Source of the DNA: a virus
Lineage: Duplodnaviria; Caudoviricetes
Length of the DNA stretch: 64,000 nt
Reading direction: 5' to 3' (one strand)
Virus record (IMG/VR): IMGVR_UViG_3300028805_000070
Coordinates: 32,001 to 96,000 of that record
This document shows positions 56,590-64,000 of this stretch, piece by piece (the stretch's first letter is position 1; every line of letters begins with the position of its first letter). The translations under genes and the position numbers were made by a program. The notes under the pieces were generated by a model that was not told where the DNA came from, did no database searches, and saw only the letters and a list, made by a program, of their open reading frames with translations.

Positions 56590-56772
56590 TTATTCGTTAG
56601 ACCAGTTAGGAAAAATTGATTTTAATTCTTTTTGTAAATGTTTTATTTTATCATTTTGTAACTGTAAGATATGAGTGGCTAAACTTTCTGGCAAAACAAT
56701 TTCAGTAATTTCAGCATCGGGCTTAACGATTACTGGAATACCGCGAAATTGTCCAACATATCCTTCTTCCAT
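56590..56772 (-). CDS. Hypothetical protein
   Basis: Track ORF in packed array. Confidence 0.55.
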   Translation of the reverse strand: MEEGYVGQFRGIPVIVKPDAEITEIVLPESLATHILQLQNDKIKHLQKELKSIFPNWSNE

Positions 56773-56776
56773 ATTA

Positions 56777-56962
56777 TTACTCCAAATCTATATAATCAAA
56801 ATCTGGCTTATCATAGGGCCAATTTCCTTGCGTCCAAGTTTTCTTAGACACCTTAATCCAATGAGGGTCTAAAGCCGCATTTGGACCAATATCTTGCATT
56901 GTAGCAACCGGCATATCTTGCGGCCATTTTTGTAATTCTTCAATTAGCTCTTTTACTAGCAT
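56777..56962 (-). CDS. Hypothetical protein
   Basis: MLVKELIEELQKWPQDMPV, typical small phage ORF start. Confidence 0.65.
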   Translation of the reverse strand: MLVKELIEELQKWPQDMPVATMQDIGPNAALDPHWIKVSKKTWTQGNWPYDKPDFDYIDLE

Positions 56963-57128
56963 ATGGAATCTCCAATTTTTCACTACATTTAATCCTTATT
57001 GGGGTGGCTCGCCAATCTGTAGTAGTACCAATTTTAACTTCATACTGCTTAAGAGTTTCAGTATATTTACATACTGTTCTATGCACACAAGTATAACAAT
57101 ATTTAGCGACTTGTACTGTTTCTTCCAT
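56940..57128 (-). CDS. Small Cys-rich protein
   Basis: CYTCVHRTVC. Confidence 0.55.
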   Translation of the reverse strand: MEETVQVAKYCYTCVHRTVCKYTETLKQYEVKIGTTTDWRATPIRIKCSEKLEIPYASKRAN

Positions 57129-57577
57129 TATGTCAACACCGTCCTACATTTATTATGATTTTCTTCCGTCGGATGTTCCAATATCCATCTTAGCGCGCTA
57201 GTAAGATTGCCTTGTCCCTTAGGGATATTAATGAAACTGGTACAGCCGCAGTACGTCATTAGAGAAGTTGGTTCTTCTGTAATTTGAATAATATGTACTG
57301 GCTTACCAATTGCGTAAGCATATCCGTTCTCCCAGTTTACTCCAGCAGTACTTTTGCGCCCTTCGCTAATCATAATAATGGCTTCACACGCATTTATTGC
57401 GGCAATATCAGCTTCAAAGACGAGACGTGCCCAATCTTCCTGACTATAATCCCAGGCATTCTCAATTTTCAGTTCCCAAGGACAGTAAATTTCGGCGCCC
57501 TTTTCGCGCAGGTATTTAGCAATTTGAGTCATAAAAGTACGATGTTCTGTATCACATGGCCCAGCAAGATAAAACAT
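57128..57577 (-). CDS. Nucleoside 2'-deoxyribosyltransferase/hydrolase family protein
   Basis: FYLAGP, DIAAINAC, STAGVNWENGYAYAIGKPV. Confidence 0.88.
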   Translation of the reverse strand: MFYLAGPCDTEHRTFMTQIAKYLREKGAEIYCPWELKIENAWDYSQEDWARLVFEADIAAINACEAIIMISEGRKSTAGVNWENGYAYAIGKPVHIIQITEEPTSLMTYCGCTSFINIPKGQGNLTSALRWILEHPTEENHNKCRTVLT

Positions 57578-57578
57578 T

Positions 57579-57788
57579 TTATTCCTCCCATTTTACATCC
57601 ACAGAGCACTTATAGCCATCTGGTAAGCAATTTTCCGCGCGACTATCAAGTTTATGAATGCGGTCATTATAGGCGCCATTATACTCATAGTATCCTTTTA
57701 CGTTGGTAATACCTTCTGCTTCGTATTCTTCGGGGTGTATCGTTTCCTCCCAAGTATAAGTCACCGATACTTTAAGCTTTAGTGGCAT
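57579..57788 (-). CDS. Hypothetical protein
   Basis: Track ORF; likely start MPLKLK. Confidence 0.55.
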   Translation of the reverse strand: MPLKLKVSVTYTWEETIHPEEYEAEGITNVKGYYEYNGAYNDRIHKLDSRAENCLPDGYKCSVDVKWEE

Positions 57789-58152
57789 TATTTTCCTCGT
57801 TTCTACTAAAAATTTCAGATATACATTCATTTAAAAGGTAGCATCTAATGGTAGAATCCATATAACGCGCAGGCTCTTCATAAAGAGTAGGCGGCAAGTC
57901 ACTTAAGTTCATGCCCCACTCAGATAGTGCTTCAAAGAATAGTTTTAGATTATGGCATATATATTCTTCACATTTTTCTTCAGTATCATAGTAATTGAAG
58001 CCATTACCAGTTACTTCATCCTTATCCCATAGCTCCTCGGTTAAGTAGTCAATATAACCGTCTCGTGACATCCCTTCTTCGGGCTGCAAATCATTGGCCC
58101 ACACGTAATCCTTAATATCTTGAATTAATGCTTTTCGATAGTCATAATACAT
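57772..58152 (-). CDS. Hypothetical protein
   Basis: Track ORF with GGAGG SD. Confidence 0.7.
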   Translation of the reverse strand: MYYDYRKALIQDIKDYVWANDLQPEEGMSRDGYIDYLTEELWDKDEVTGNGFNYYDTEEKCEEYICHNLKLFFEALSEWGMNLSDLPPTLYEEPARYMDSTIRCYLLNECISEIFSRNEENNATKA

Positions 58153-58153
58153 A

Positions 58154-58435
58154 TTATAACCTCCATTTCAGTTCTTCTAACGGTCTCGCACATCCACGGC
58201 AACTTGGCCGTACTACCGTTTGAAATAGCTCATTGTCTATTTCTTCATCATAAAAACATAAGTCAAATCTATAACCGCGCACTCTATGGTGTGTTATAAT
58301 TACAAGCTATAATAAGTCAGAAATAAATTCTGTGAAGCCTTTCGTGCGGCGATGCAGTGCTGCTTTACGGCACATTAATTCTGTAATCTCAGCTACCTAA
58401 GCTTCATCCTTACATATAATGCCAATACGAAACAT
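58154..58435 (-). CDS. Hypothetical protein (93 aa, TAG=Gln)
   Basis: GGAGG SD; fills the gap between neighbours only with read-through of two TAGs. Confidence 0.6.
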
Positions 58436-58436
58436 A

Positions 58437-58727
58437 TTATTCCTCCGTCGCTACGCTATAACCACATAGAGTAAGTCCAAAGTCTTTCTTAAAATATTCC
58501 GCCATAGTGTCATCTAGCTTATTTACAAATAGCGGCTTAGAGTTATCATAGTTGCCATAGAGCAAGTCGGCCCAATCTACAATATCAAGTGAGTCGAATC
58601 CATATGCTTGTGCCTTTGCAATCAGAGCACGCTTATTTGTAGTAAGTAGGATTCCATCGGCGTCAAGTACCGCATCCATAAGTTCTTTTGTCTTACCAGT
58701 TCCAACTGGCCGCGCAATTACTTTCAT
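58437..58727 (-). CDS. Small P-loop-containing protein
   Basis: ARPVGTGKT. Confidence 0.7.
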   Translation of the reverse strand: MKVIARPVGTGKTKELMDAVLDADGILLTTNKRALIAKAQAYGFDSLDIVDWADLLYGNYDNSKPLFVNKLDDTMAEYFKKDFGLTLCGYSVATEE

Positions 58728-59050
58728 TCATTTTCAATCTCCTTTACCTGAACTACATCAGAATATTCAAAACGCTTGGTAACATCATAACGTTCAATGA
58801 ATTCTTTTGTAGATATATTATCTATTTTTATAATATACTCATCGTGGCTATATTCAGTATTATCAAGTATAAACATAAACGTAAAGCCGACAACAAGCAT
58901 AATTAATCCAATTATGAATATAATAATTCCAGCATAATCTGTATCTTTTATTATTGCCACACCTATAATAAATAAACTTAAACCAATTAGCGCTATTATT
59001 ACTGGCCAAATTGGAGATGTATATATTGGAATAGTTTCAAGAATTTCCAT
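58724..59050 (-). CDS. Two-TM membrane protein
   Basis: Two hydrophobic helices. Confidence 0.7.
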   Translation of the reverse strand: MEILETIPIYTSPIWPVIIALIGLSLFIIGVAIIKDTDYAGIIIFIIGLIMLVVGFTFMFILDNTEYSHDEYIIKIDNISTKEFIERYDVTKRFEYSDVVQVKEIENE

Positions 59051-59343
59051 TAATGCCTCCTTATACCACAATTCGGGCACCAAAGTTCATTTTCGGGGTC
59101 ATAGAGAATGCTGATTACCTTACATTCCGGGCATTTATATGCCATTACTTCATCAGTGATAATGGTTGGCGCGGTGTCAATAACTGCTTGCGCGCGGTCC
59201 ATTACCGCTTTTGCAAAATTAAACACTTCTTCTGAGTCGGGCATTCCCATTTCATAAATCAAATCCCATAGCATTTCATCGCGGTCGAGGGATGGTGCAT
59301 TGAGGTCGCAGTCATCACGATATATAAGTTCGCGCATTTTCAT
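59050..59343 (-). CDS. Zn-ribbon protein
   Basis: CPEC..CPNCG. Confidence 0.7.
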   Translation of the reverse strand: MKMRELIYRDDCDLNAPSLDRDEMLWDLIYEMGMPDSEEVFNFAKAVMDRAQAVIDTAPTIITDEVMAYKCPECKVISILYDPENELWCPNCGIRRH

Positions 59344-59663
59344 TTCGCCGCCTTACTTCTATTTTTTCTAAAAATGTATTTATATACTTTCCATAATTTG
59401 TCAAACACTTTATGCAAGCACACTACGGAAAATATCAAAATATAACCTGGTAAAAGTAATAATGATATTGCAACAATAGCTATCGTTAATCCAGCAGAAT
59501 TAAGTCGGTCTTTATTGTTTTCATAAAATATCGACACATACCAAAAAGCTGTTTTAAAAGATAGTTTATCATCACAAGATGCAATCATGATTTGTAAAAA
59601 ACCGCCTACAAAACTACCCAATGTAAGCCAAAAAGCTAAAATCCACATTAATAGATTATTCAC
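59340..59663 (-). CDS. Membrane protein
   Basis: Two hydrophobic segments. Confidence 0.6.
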   Translation of the reverse strand: MNNLLMWILAFWLTLGSFVGGFLQIMIASCDDKLSFKTAFWYVSIFYENNKDRLNSAGLTIAIVAISLLLLPGYILIFSVVCLHKVFDKLWKVYKYIFRKNRSKAAK

Positions 59664-59976
59664 TCCACTTCACTGCCTTTCCGCAATAGTAGCAAAAGTT
59701 GATTTTCCCATATACCGCTCTATTTGGAAGCACTTTCTCACAGTTCCCACAGTGTGGGAGATAATCTTCATATTTTTCTTTATTATAAATTGGCTCAATG
59801 GCTTTCTGCTCTTTTAGCAGAGCGATAACCATAGCGAGGTCATTTGCAATTTTCGTAGTTTCTGCTGACTCTTGTTCTTTGTCGTATGTTAGAAGATCGT
59901 AATCCTCCTGCAAGTCTCCGATAAGCGTTTCTATATCTTTCATTGTCATTCTGCTCTCCATCGCGCGTGAGAACAT
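59656..59976 (-). CDS. Zn-ribbon protein
   Basis: CGNC..CYYCGKAVKW. Confidence 0.65.
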   Translation of the reverse strand: MFSRAMESRMTMKDIETLIGDLQEDYDLLTYDKEQESAETTKIANDLAMVIALLKEQKAIEPIYNKEKYEDYLPHCGNCEKVLPNRAVYGKINFCYYCGKAVKWSE

Positions 59977-59996
59977 TTGTTCAGATTGTTCCCATT

Positions 59997-60236
59997 TTAT
60001 TCCAGTTTACCTTTCTTATAAGGATAATTCTTTTTTAATTCATCACCGCACCAAGGGCAATATTTAATAGGAAGAGAAACTTCGATACTTTGATTTCCAC
60101 TATAACAGCCGTCTAAATGGACAATAAGATTATTGAAGAAATCTATAAAGGCTTCACCCTCATATCCAACATTTACATCCTGTCCTTCGCGTATCTTTTG
60201 CGCGGCTTGGGTGAATTTGCGGCAATAATCACACAT
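59997..60236 (-). CDS. Zn-ribbon protein
   Basis: MCDYC..IKYCPWCG. Confidence 0.7.
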   Translation of the reverse strand: MCDYCRKFTQAAQKIREGQDVNVGYEGEAFIDFFNNLIVHLDGCYSGNQSIEVSLPIKYCPWCGDELKKNYPYKKGKLE

Positions 60237-60249
60237 TTTTATCTCTCCT

Positions 60250-60531
60250 TTATGTCGCTGGCATCATAATGCTTTGCAAAATGTCCTGATCGCCATATTC
60301 CATCAGTCTGAGTTTCTCTTCAAGTCCGTTGATTCTTCGCTCTTGATTTTTCAAAAGGGCAAGAGCCTCTCCCGCTAACACATTCGTACATGACTGCCAA
60401 ACAGTATAAGCATTCATGACGTTCCGCTCTTTGTAAGGGCACTCGTTACATTTATTCTTCTCGGGTTGAACATTCTGGCGGCTCCACTTACAACATTCTA
60501 GTCCCTTAATAACTTTTTCTTTATCAGTCAT
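60250..60531 (-). CDS. Cys-rich hypothetical protein
   Basis: MTDKEKVIKGLECC..CNECPY; AGGAG SD. Confidence 0.7.
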   Translation of the reverse strand: MTDKEKVIKGLECCKWSRQNVQPEKNKCNECPYKERNVMNAYTVWQSCTNVLAGEALALLKNQERRINGLEEKLRLMEYGDQDILQSIMMPAT

Positions 60532-60532
60532 T

Positions 60533-60676
60533 TTATCTCCTATTCTTATGAAAGACGTCCGCATTATGCCATCTACTCATATACTTCCTATATCGCACCT
60601 TGCGATAAGACTTTCTGAAAGGAACCACAGCACCCGTACTGTTTATAGTGTACAAAATCGTTCTACTCATTTTCAT
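60533..60676 (-). CDS. Small basic protein (47 aa)
   Basis: GGGGAG SD, first ORF after promoter. Confidence 0.45.
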   Translation of the reverse strand: MKMSRTILYTINSTGAVVPFRKSYRKVRYRKYMSRWHNADVFHKNRR

Positions 60677-60694
60677 CTCCCCTTTCATAAGTAT

Positions 60695-60723
60695 ATTATA
60701 CTATAAATTTGAGATAGTGTCAA
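60695..60723 (-). promoter_or_regulatory. Sigma-A/70 promoter
   Basis: TTGACA-17 nt-TATAAT. Confidence 0.85.
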
Positions 60724-60726
60724 ATA

Positions 60727-60987
60727 TTAATTTTCATACTACCATTCAATATCTTCAATGTTAATTTCATCATAACCTTCGCGTGCGAGCGTCATACCAA
60801 GCTGGACTGCTTCAAGCCATTCATATGCGCTTACAAGGTCACGATGGATACAGGCATCTTCTGGACAGTCCCATAGATTGGAAACGCTGTATTTAATGCG
60901 CGAGTCCTCGTCACTCCAAACGCGCTGATAATCTGGGGTATCACCATCTACGAAACGGGTTGCTACTTTTACATTTAGTGTTTTCAT
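60727..60987 (-). CDS. Hypothetical protein (TAG 60739, or TAA 60727 with read-through)
   Basis: AAGGAGG SD; track ORF. Confidence 0.7.
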
Positions 60988-61014
60988 TTTATTCCTCCTT
61001 GCGCCAAGGCGCGT

Positions 61015-61197
61015 TTTTATTTTTTATAGTATTTATATTTATTTATAGTATTTATATTTCTCTATTCAATTTGACTATACCCCTATAGTCAATTTGACTT
61101 AAACTCTATGTCAATTTGACTATACCCCTCTATTCAATTTGACTATAGGTTCAAGTCAAATTGACATAGAATTTTTTCTCCTATGTCAAATTGACTA
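61015..61197. repeat. Iteron-like array plus AT-rich tract; putative replication origin
   Basis: Six near-palindromic (G)TCAAWTTGAC at 61066, 61089, 61111, 61134, 61156 and 61186, next to a duplicated TTTATAGTATTTATATTT. Confidence 0.75.
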
Positions 61198-61581
61198 TAG
61201 GTCTGGGCGCGCGATAAAATCATAAAGAGGACAACTTAATCCATCTTTATCAGTTACATTTTCGTGCATAAATATGAGAAATCCTTTTTCAATGAGTTCG
61301 TTTACTGCGCGATTATAAGAAGAGTCACTGATGCCGGTTTTTGCTACTACGTCTACCTTGCTTAAGCCGCCTACATAGCCATCTTGATTAGAAATAAGAT
61401 AAATATAAAGTTTAAAGCCCTTTTCGCTTAATTCGCGGCTAGCGTAAAATAAATCTTCTTTAAATAAATCAGATATACGTACATCACTGCTACGCTGCTT
61501 TTCGCGCACCTTCTTCACTCGAAATACTTTTTGATTCTTATTCAGACTATAGTCTGAACTAGTTAATTTTACATTTGCCAT
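61186..61581 (-). CDS. Winged-helix DNA-binding protein, putative replication initiator
   Basis: LSEKGFKLYIYL..LSKVDVVAKTGISDSSYNRAVNELIEKGFL; abuts the iterons. Confidence 0.75.
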
Positions 61582-61593
61582 TTAGGTTCCTCC

Positions 61594-61782
61594 TTATCGC
61601 TTAGATTGCGATATGCGGCGGAAAGCTTCTTGAAACTCTGGCGAGTCCTCAAATATCCATACTTTAAATTCTGGATTATATTCATTTATATCAGTACCTA
61701 TAATTTTAAAGCCTTCGCGCCGAAGCTGTAAGGCTATCCAACGAGTATATACTCGGTAGCCTTCGCTTTGTAATTTTGTCAT
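61594..61782 (-). CDS. Hypothetical protein
   Basis: Track ORF; AGGAGG SD. Confidence 0.7.
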   Translation of the reverse strand: MTKLQSEGYRVYTRWIALQLRREGFKIIGTDINEYNPEFKVWIFEDSPEFQEAFRRISQSKR

Positions 61783-62333
61783 TTATTTGCCTCCTATAGC
61801 TATTTAATATCTTTAATTGCGTCATAAAAAGCAGTTTTCTTTATTTTAAGCTTAGTTTGTATTAATTCTTTATCATAATTATCTGTGCTAATGCCGTCAA
61901 ACATAAGAAAACTTAATAATACACCAAAAGATGCCTTACTTAAATTATTATAATAATATAAAAGCCATTCTTGTTGGGTTTCGTTTAACTATGGAAAAGT
62001 TCCTTTATTTATTTGTATGATTGTATCATTTTTATTAATTTTCCTTTCATTACAAAGTGGCTTATACTTATTTATATAATTAGTTTCTAGGCATTCAAGC
62101 TATTCATTAGATAAAGGGCAATCATTACATTCAAATAATGGTATCAATATTAAATCATTTATAGATATATTCTTCTAACGGCAATAATTATAAAATTGAG
62201 TATGAATCTAATTAGATTTAATTTCTATTTTATGCTAAGAAAATCGCGTCTGAAAAGGTTGATTAGTTTTACCAACATATAATAATTCATTATTATAATA
62301 TATACCATATATTCCGCCATTATTATTTAACAT
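61779..62333 (-). CDS. GIY-YIG domain protein (184 aa, TAG=Gln)
   Basis: GIYGIYYNNELLYVGKT..RFSQH..LETNYI..PLCN; several TAGs; ends in ATGA overlap. Confidence 0.7.
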
Positions 62334-62514
62334 TCTTATCACTCTCCATAATTTCTTCCATTTTATCTAGTAATTTTACCGATGGATTTTTAGTTCCTTT
62401 AAAAATACGACTTAAATGTTCCTAGCTGCATCCAATGTGATTGGCCGCCTCAGTTTGCGTCCATCCTTTATTATATACAAATAATTCATATTGCTTTATA
62501 ATATCTCGTGTCAA
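62323..62514 (-). CDS. XRE-family HTH regulator (63 aa, TAG=Gln)
   Basis: AGGTG SD, TTG start; WTQTEAANHIGCS(Q)EHLSRIFKGTKNPS. Confidence 0.78.
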
Positions 62515-62542
62515 TTTTCTCACCTGCCTTAAAGACATATAT

Positions 62543-62586
62543 TAAAATAAAAGAAATATGACATATCCTTCATAGAACATGTCATA
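62543..62586 (-). terminator. Probable terminator upstream of the HTH gene
   Basis: 13-bp stem TATGACATGTTCT/AGGATATGTCATA plus T tract. Confidence 0.6.
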
Positions 62587-62600
62587 ATATAACCTTATAA

Positions 62601-63110
62601 TTACATCAAATGCTTCCCTTCATTAACAAATTTTTTAATTGCCTCTGGGCTTGTAAAAATCAGCCCATTCAAATATTTTTCGTGGTCAAACATATATGCA
62701 GCCTGCTCGCGCCGCCACTTATCATCTAGCAAATCTTCTAGCGGCCATCCCAATGTTACTGCAAGTTCACCATCTGGCACCAAAATTGTATCTGAATAAA
62801 AAGAATCAATTGGTTCCCATCCAAAATCTTCTGAGTAAACGGCTGGATAAAATTCATCAAAATCATCTGTTTCATTAATATAGCCGCGCACTCTAAAAAA
62901 TCCAAATGTCCAAACTACAAAACGCTTATTGGCTGGCTCGAATTCTACAAATGAATAGCAAGAATTATCTTCCCAAAAGGGGTTATCGTCCCATTGTTCA
63001 ATATTATCTACATTATGGCCGCTAGGTACGCTAAAAGATTGCTCAGTTTCATAAGAGCCAACTAGCGTGTGAATACGCGGGAAATCTGTTACACAATCCA
63101 TAAAAGTCAT
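62601..63110 (-). CDS. Hypothetical protein
   Basis: Track ORF; GGAGG SD. Confidence 0.7.
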   Translation of the reverse strand: MTFMDCVTDFPRIHTLVGSYETEQSFSVPSGHNVDNIEQWDDNPFWEDNSCYSFVEFEPANKRFVVWTFGFFRVRGYINETDDFDEFYPAVYSEDFGWEPIDSFYSDTILVPDGELAVTLGWPLEDLLDDKWRREQAAYMFDHEKYLNGLIFTSPEAIKKFVNEGKHLM

Positions 63111-63124
63111 TTTACTTCCTCCAA

Positions 63125-63454
63125 TCAGTAATCAAACTCCATATAATAATTATATCCTTCTTCTTCATCTTCATCAAAATGCCGAAGAATTTCGCAGAGC
63201 TTGGGGACAGTTGTAAATCCATCAAAATAGTCTGCATTATGGGTTGCGATATTAATGAGTTCCTCTACATTTTCGCGCGAAAGTTCGATGAACTCGCCGC
63301 AATCGTCATTTACATTAAGAAATGATGCCTGTTCGATAAGAGTCCAAAATTTACGGGCATAATAGACTTCGGTTACTGCATCTGAGTTGTACCAATCTTC
63401 ATTACTAAAAACTTTATGATTGCGCGCACGATAGATGTTTATATCAAGACCCAT
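63125..63454 (-). CDS. Hypothetical protein
   Basis: MGLDINIY start with AGGAG SD. Confidence 0.7.
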   Translation of the reverse strand: MGLDINIYRARNHKVFSNEDWYNSDAVTEVYYARKFWTLIEQASFLNVNDDCGEFIELSRENVEELINIATHNADYFDGFTTVPKLCEILRHFDEDEEEGYNYYMEFDY

Positions 63455-63456
63455 TT

Positions 63457-63639
63457 TTATTCTCCTTCCTTTTTTACATATTCTTTTTTCAAAACACAAC
63501 GATAAGGAATACCATCATCTGGATAAAACATAACATTACCAGTTTTGTGAGTAAAAGAATAATCAATCATACCGGTTTTTCCTTTACACGGGGTCATACC
63601 ACTTTTAGCATTATCCTCAATAGCAATTCCGCGTACCAT
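63457..63639 (-). CDS. Hypothetical protein
   Basis: Track ORF after promoter. Confidence 0.6.
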   Translation of the reverse strand: MVRGIAIEDNAKSGMTPCKGKTGMIDYSFTHKTGNVMFYPDDGIPYRCVLKKEYVKKEGE

Positions 63640-63670
63640 TTTCTTACTTCCTTTCTCTCTTTCTATAATA

Positions 63671-63698
63671 ATTATACCATAAATTATAAAAATGTCAA
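63671..63698 (-). promoter_or_regulatory. Sigma-A/70 promoter
   Basis: TTGACA-16 nt-TATAAT with TG. Confidence 0.75.
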
Positions 63699-63731
63699 AT
63701 AAGAGGAGCTCAATTTTGAGCTCCCCAAAAA

Positions 63732-64000
63732 TTAAAATTCATCTGGTACATAAATGGACCATCCCATGCTATCCTTAGTCATTGGCGCCCATTCGTCTCC
63801 ATTATACAAGTATCCTTCAATTATAGTTGGAACTATACGTGTTACAGTAGCATGATGCGGAGAGGTCTGCCTTACTTCTGCGCCTACAAACCACTTCTTT
63901 AGCTTGTCTAAAGTAAGCGAATCCGCGCAATAAAAACGTTGATAAATTGGTTCTTCACTTACTACTGTGCCGAGCGGCCAAGCTTTCTCTACTTCTTCTT
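63732..64000 (-). CDS. Hypothetical protein, 3' part
   Basis: Open frame ...MGWSIYVPDEF-TAA followed by the GGAGCTCAA/TTGAGCTCC hairpin. Confidence 0.55.
   Translation of the reverse strand, partial: EEVEKAWPLGTVVSEEPIYQRFYCADSLTLDKLKKWFVGAEVRQTSPHHATVTRIVPTIIEGYLYNGDEWAPMTKDSMGWSIYVPDEF

Noticed and set aside
61066-61197. CRISPR array
   Set aside because: Repeats are ~11 nt with 11-19-nt partly repeated spacers; no cas genes; fits iterons
28000-63000. + strand track ORFs in the right arm (e.g. 30418, 34963, 38011, 50695, 56257, 57284)
   Set aside because: Antisense shadows of well-supported - strand genes

Overview
This window is a 64-kb segment of a large, AT-rich tailed phage, probably infecting an anaerobic gut Firmicutes/Clostridia host (consensus sigma-A promoters, strong GGAGG SDs, class III RNR). 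It uses genetic code 15 (TAG = Gln), so the supplied ORF track fragments many genes. Reading TAG as Gln gives a + strand tail module (1-27.9 kb): two tail-tube-like paralogs, one split by a group I intron carrying a GIY-YIG endonuclease, a ~4,756-aa tape measure protein, a Dit-like protein and a ~2,531-aa Tal/tail-tip protein. It converges on a - strand replication and nucleotide-metabolism arm: RuvC-like resolvase, dUTPase, formate/nitrite channel, NrdG/NrdD, DnaE, RecJ, primase, helicase, AAA ATPase, SSB, GyrA-like (split by a second group I intron with a LAGLIDADG endonuclease) and GyrB-like subunits, many small ORFs and an iteron-like origin. Highlights: (1) dnaE carries a 7-nt insertion (AAT-TAG-G-AAC) that splits the PHP H-N-H motif just downstream of a free-standing GIY-YIG endonuclease, a candidate ultra-short ribosomal bypass plus homing endonuclease cassette whose take-off stop is the recoded codon; (2) a formate channel sits beside a formate-type NrdD; (3) there is a ~180-nt tRNA-like RNA with a hugely expanded anticodon arm; (4) TAG codons selectively gate certain genes inside otherwise TAG-free replication operons. 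All calls come from reading the sequence by eye; no database searches were run.
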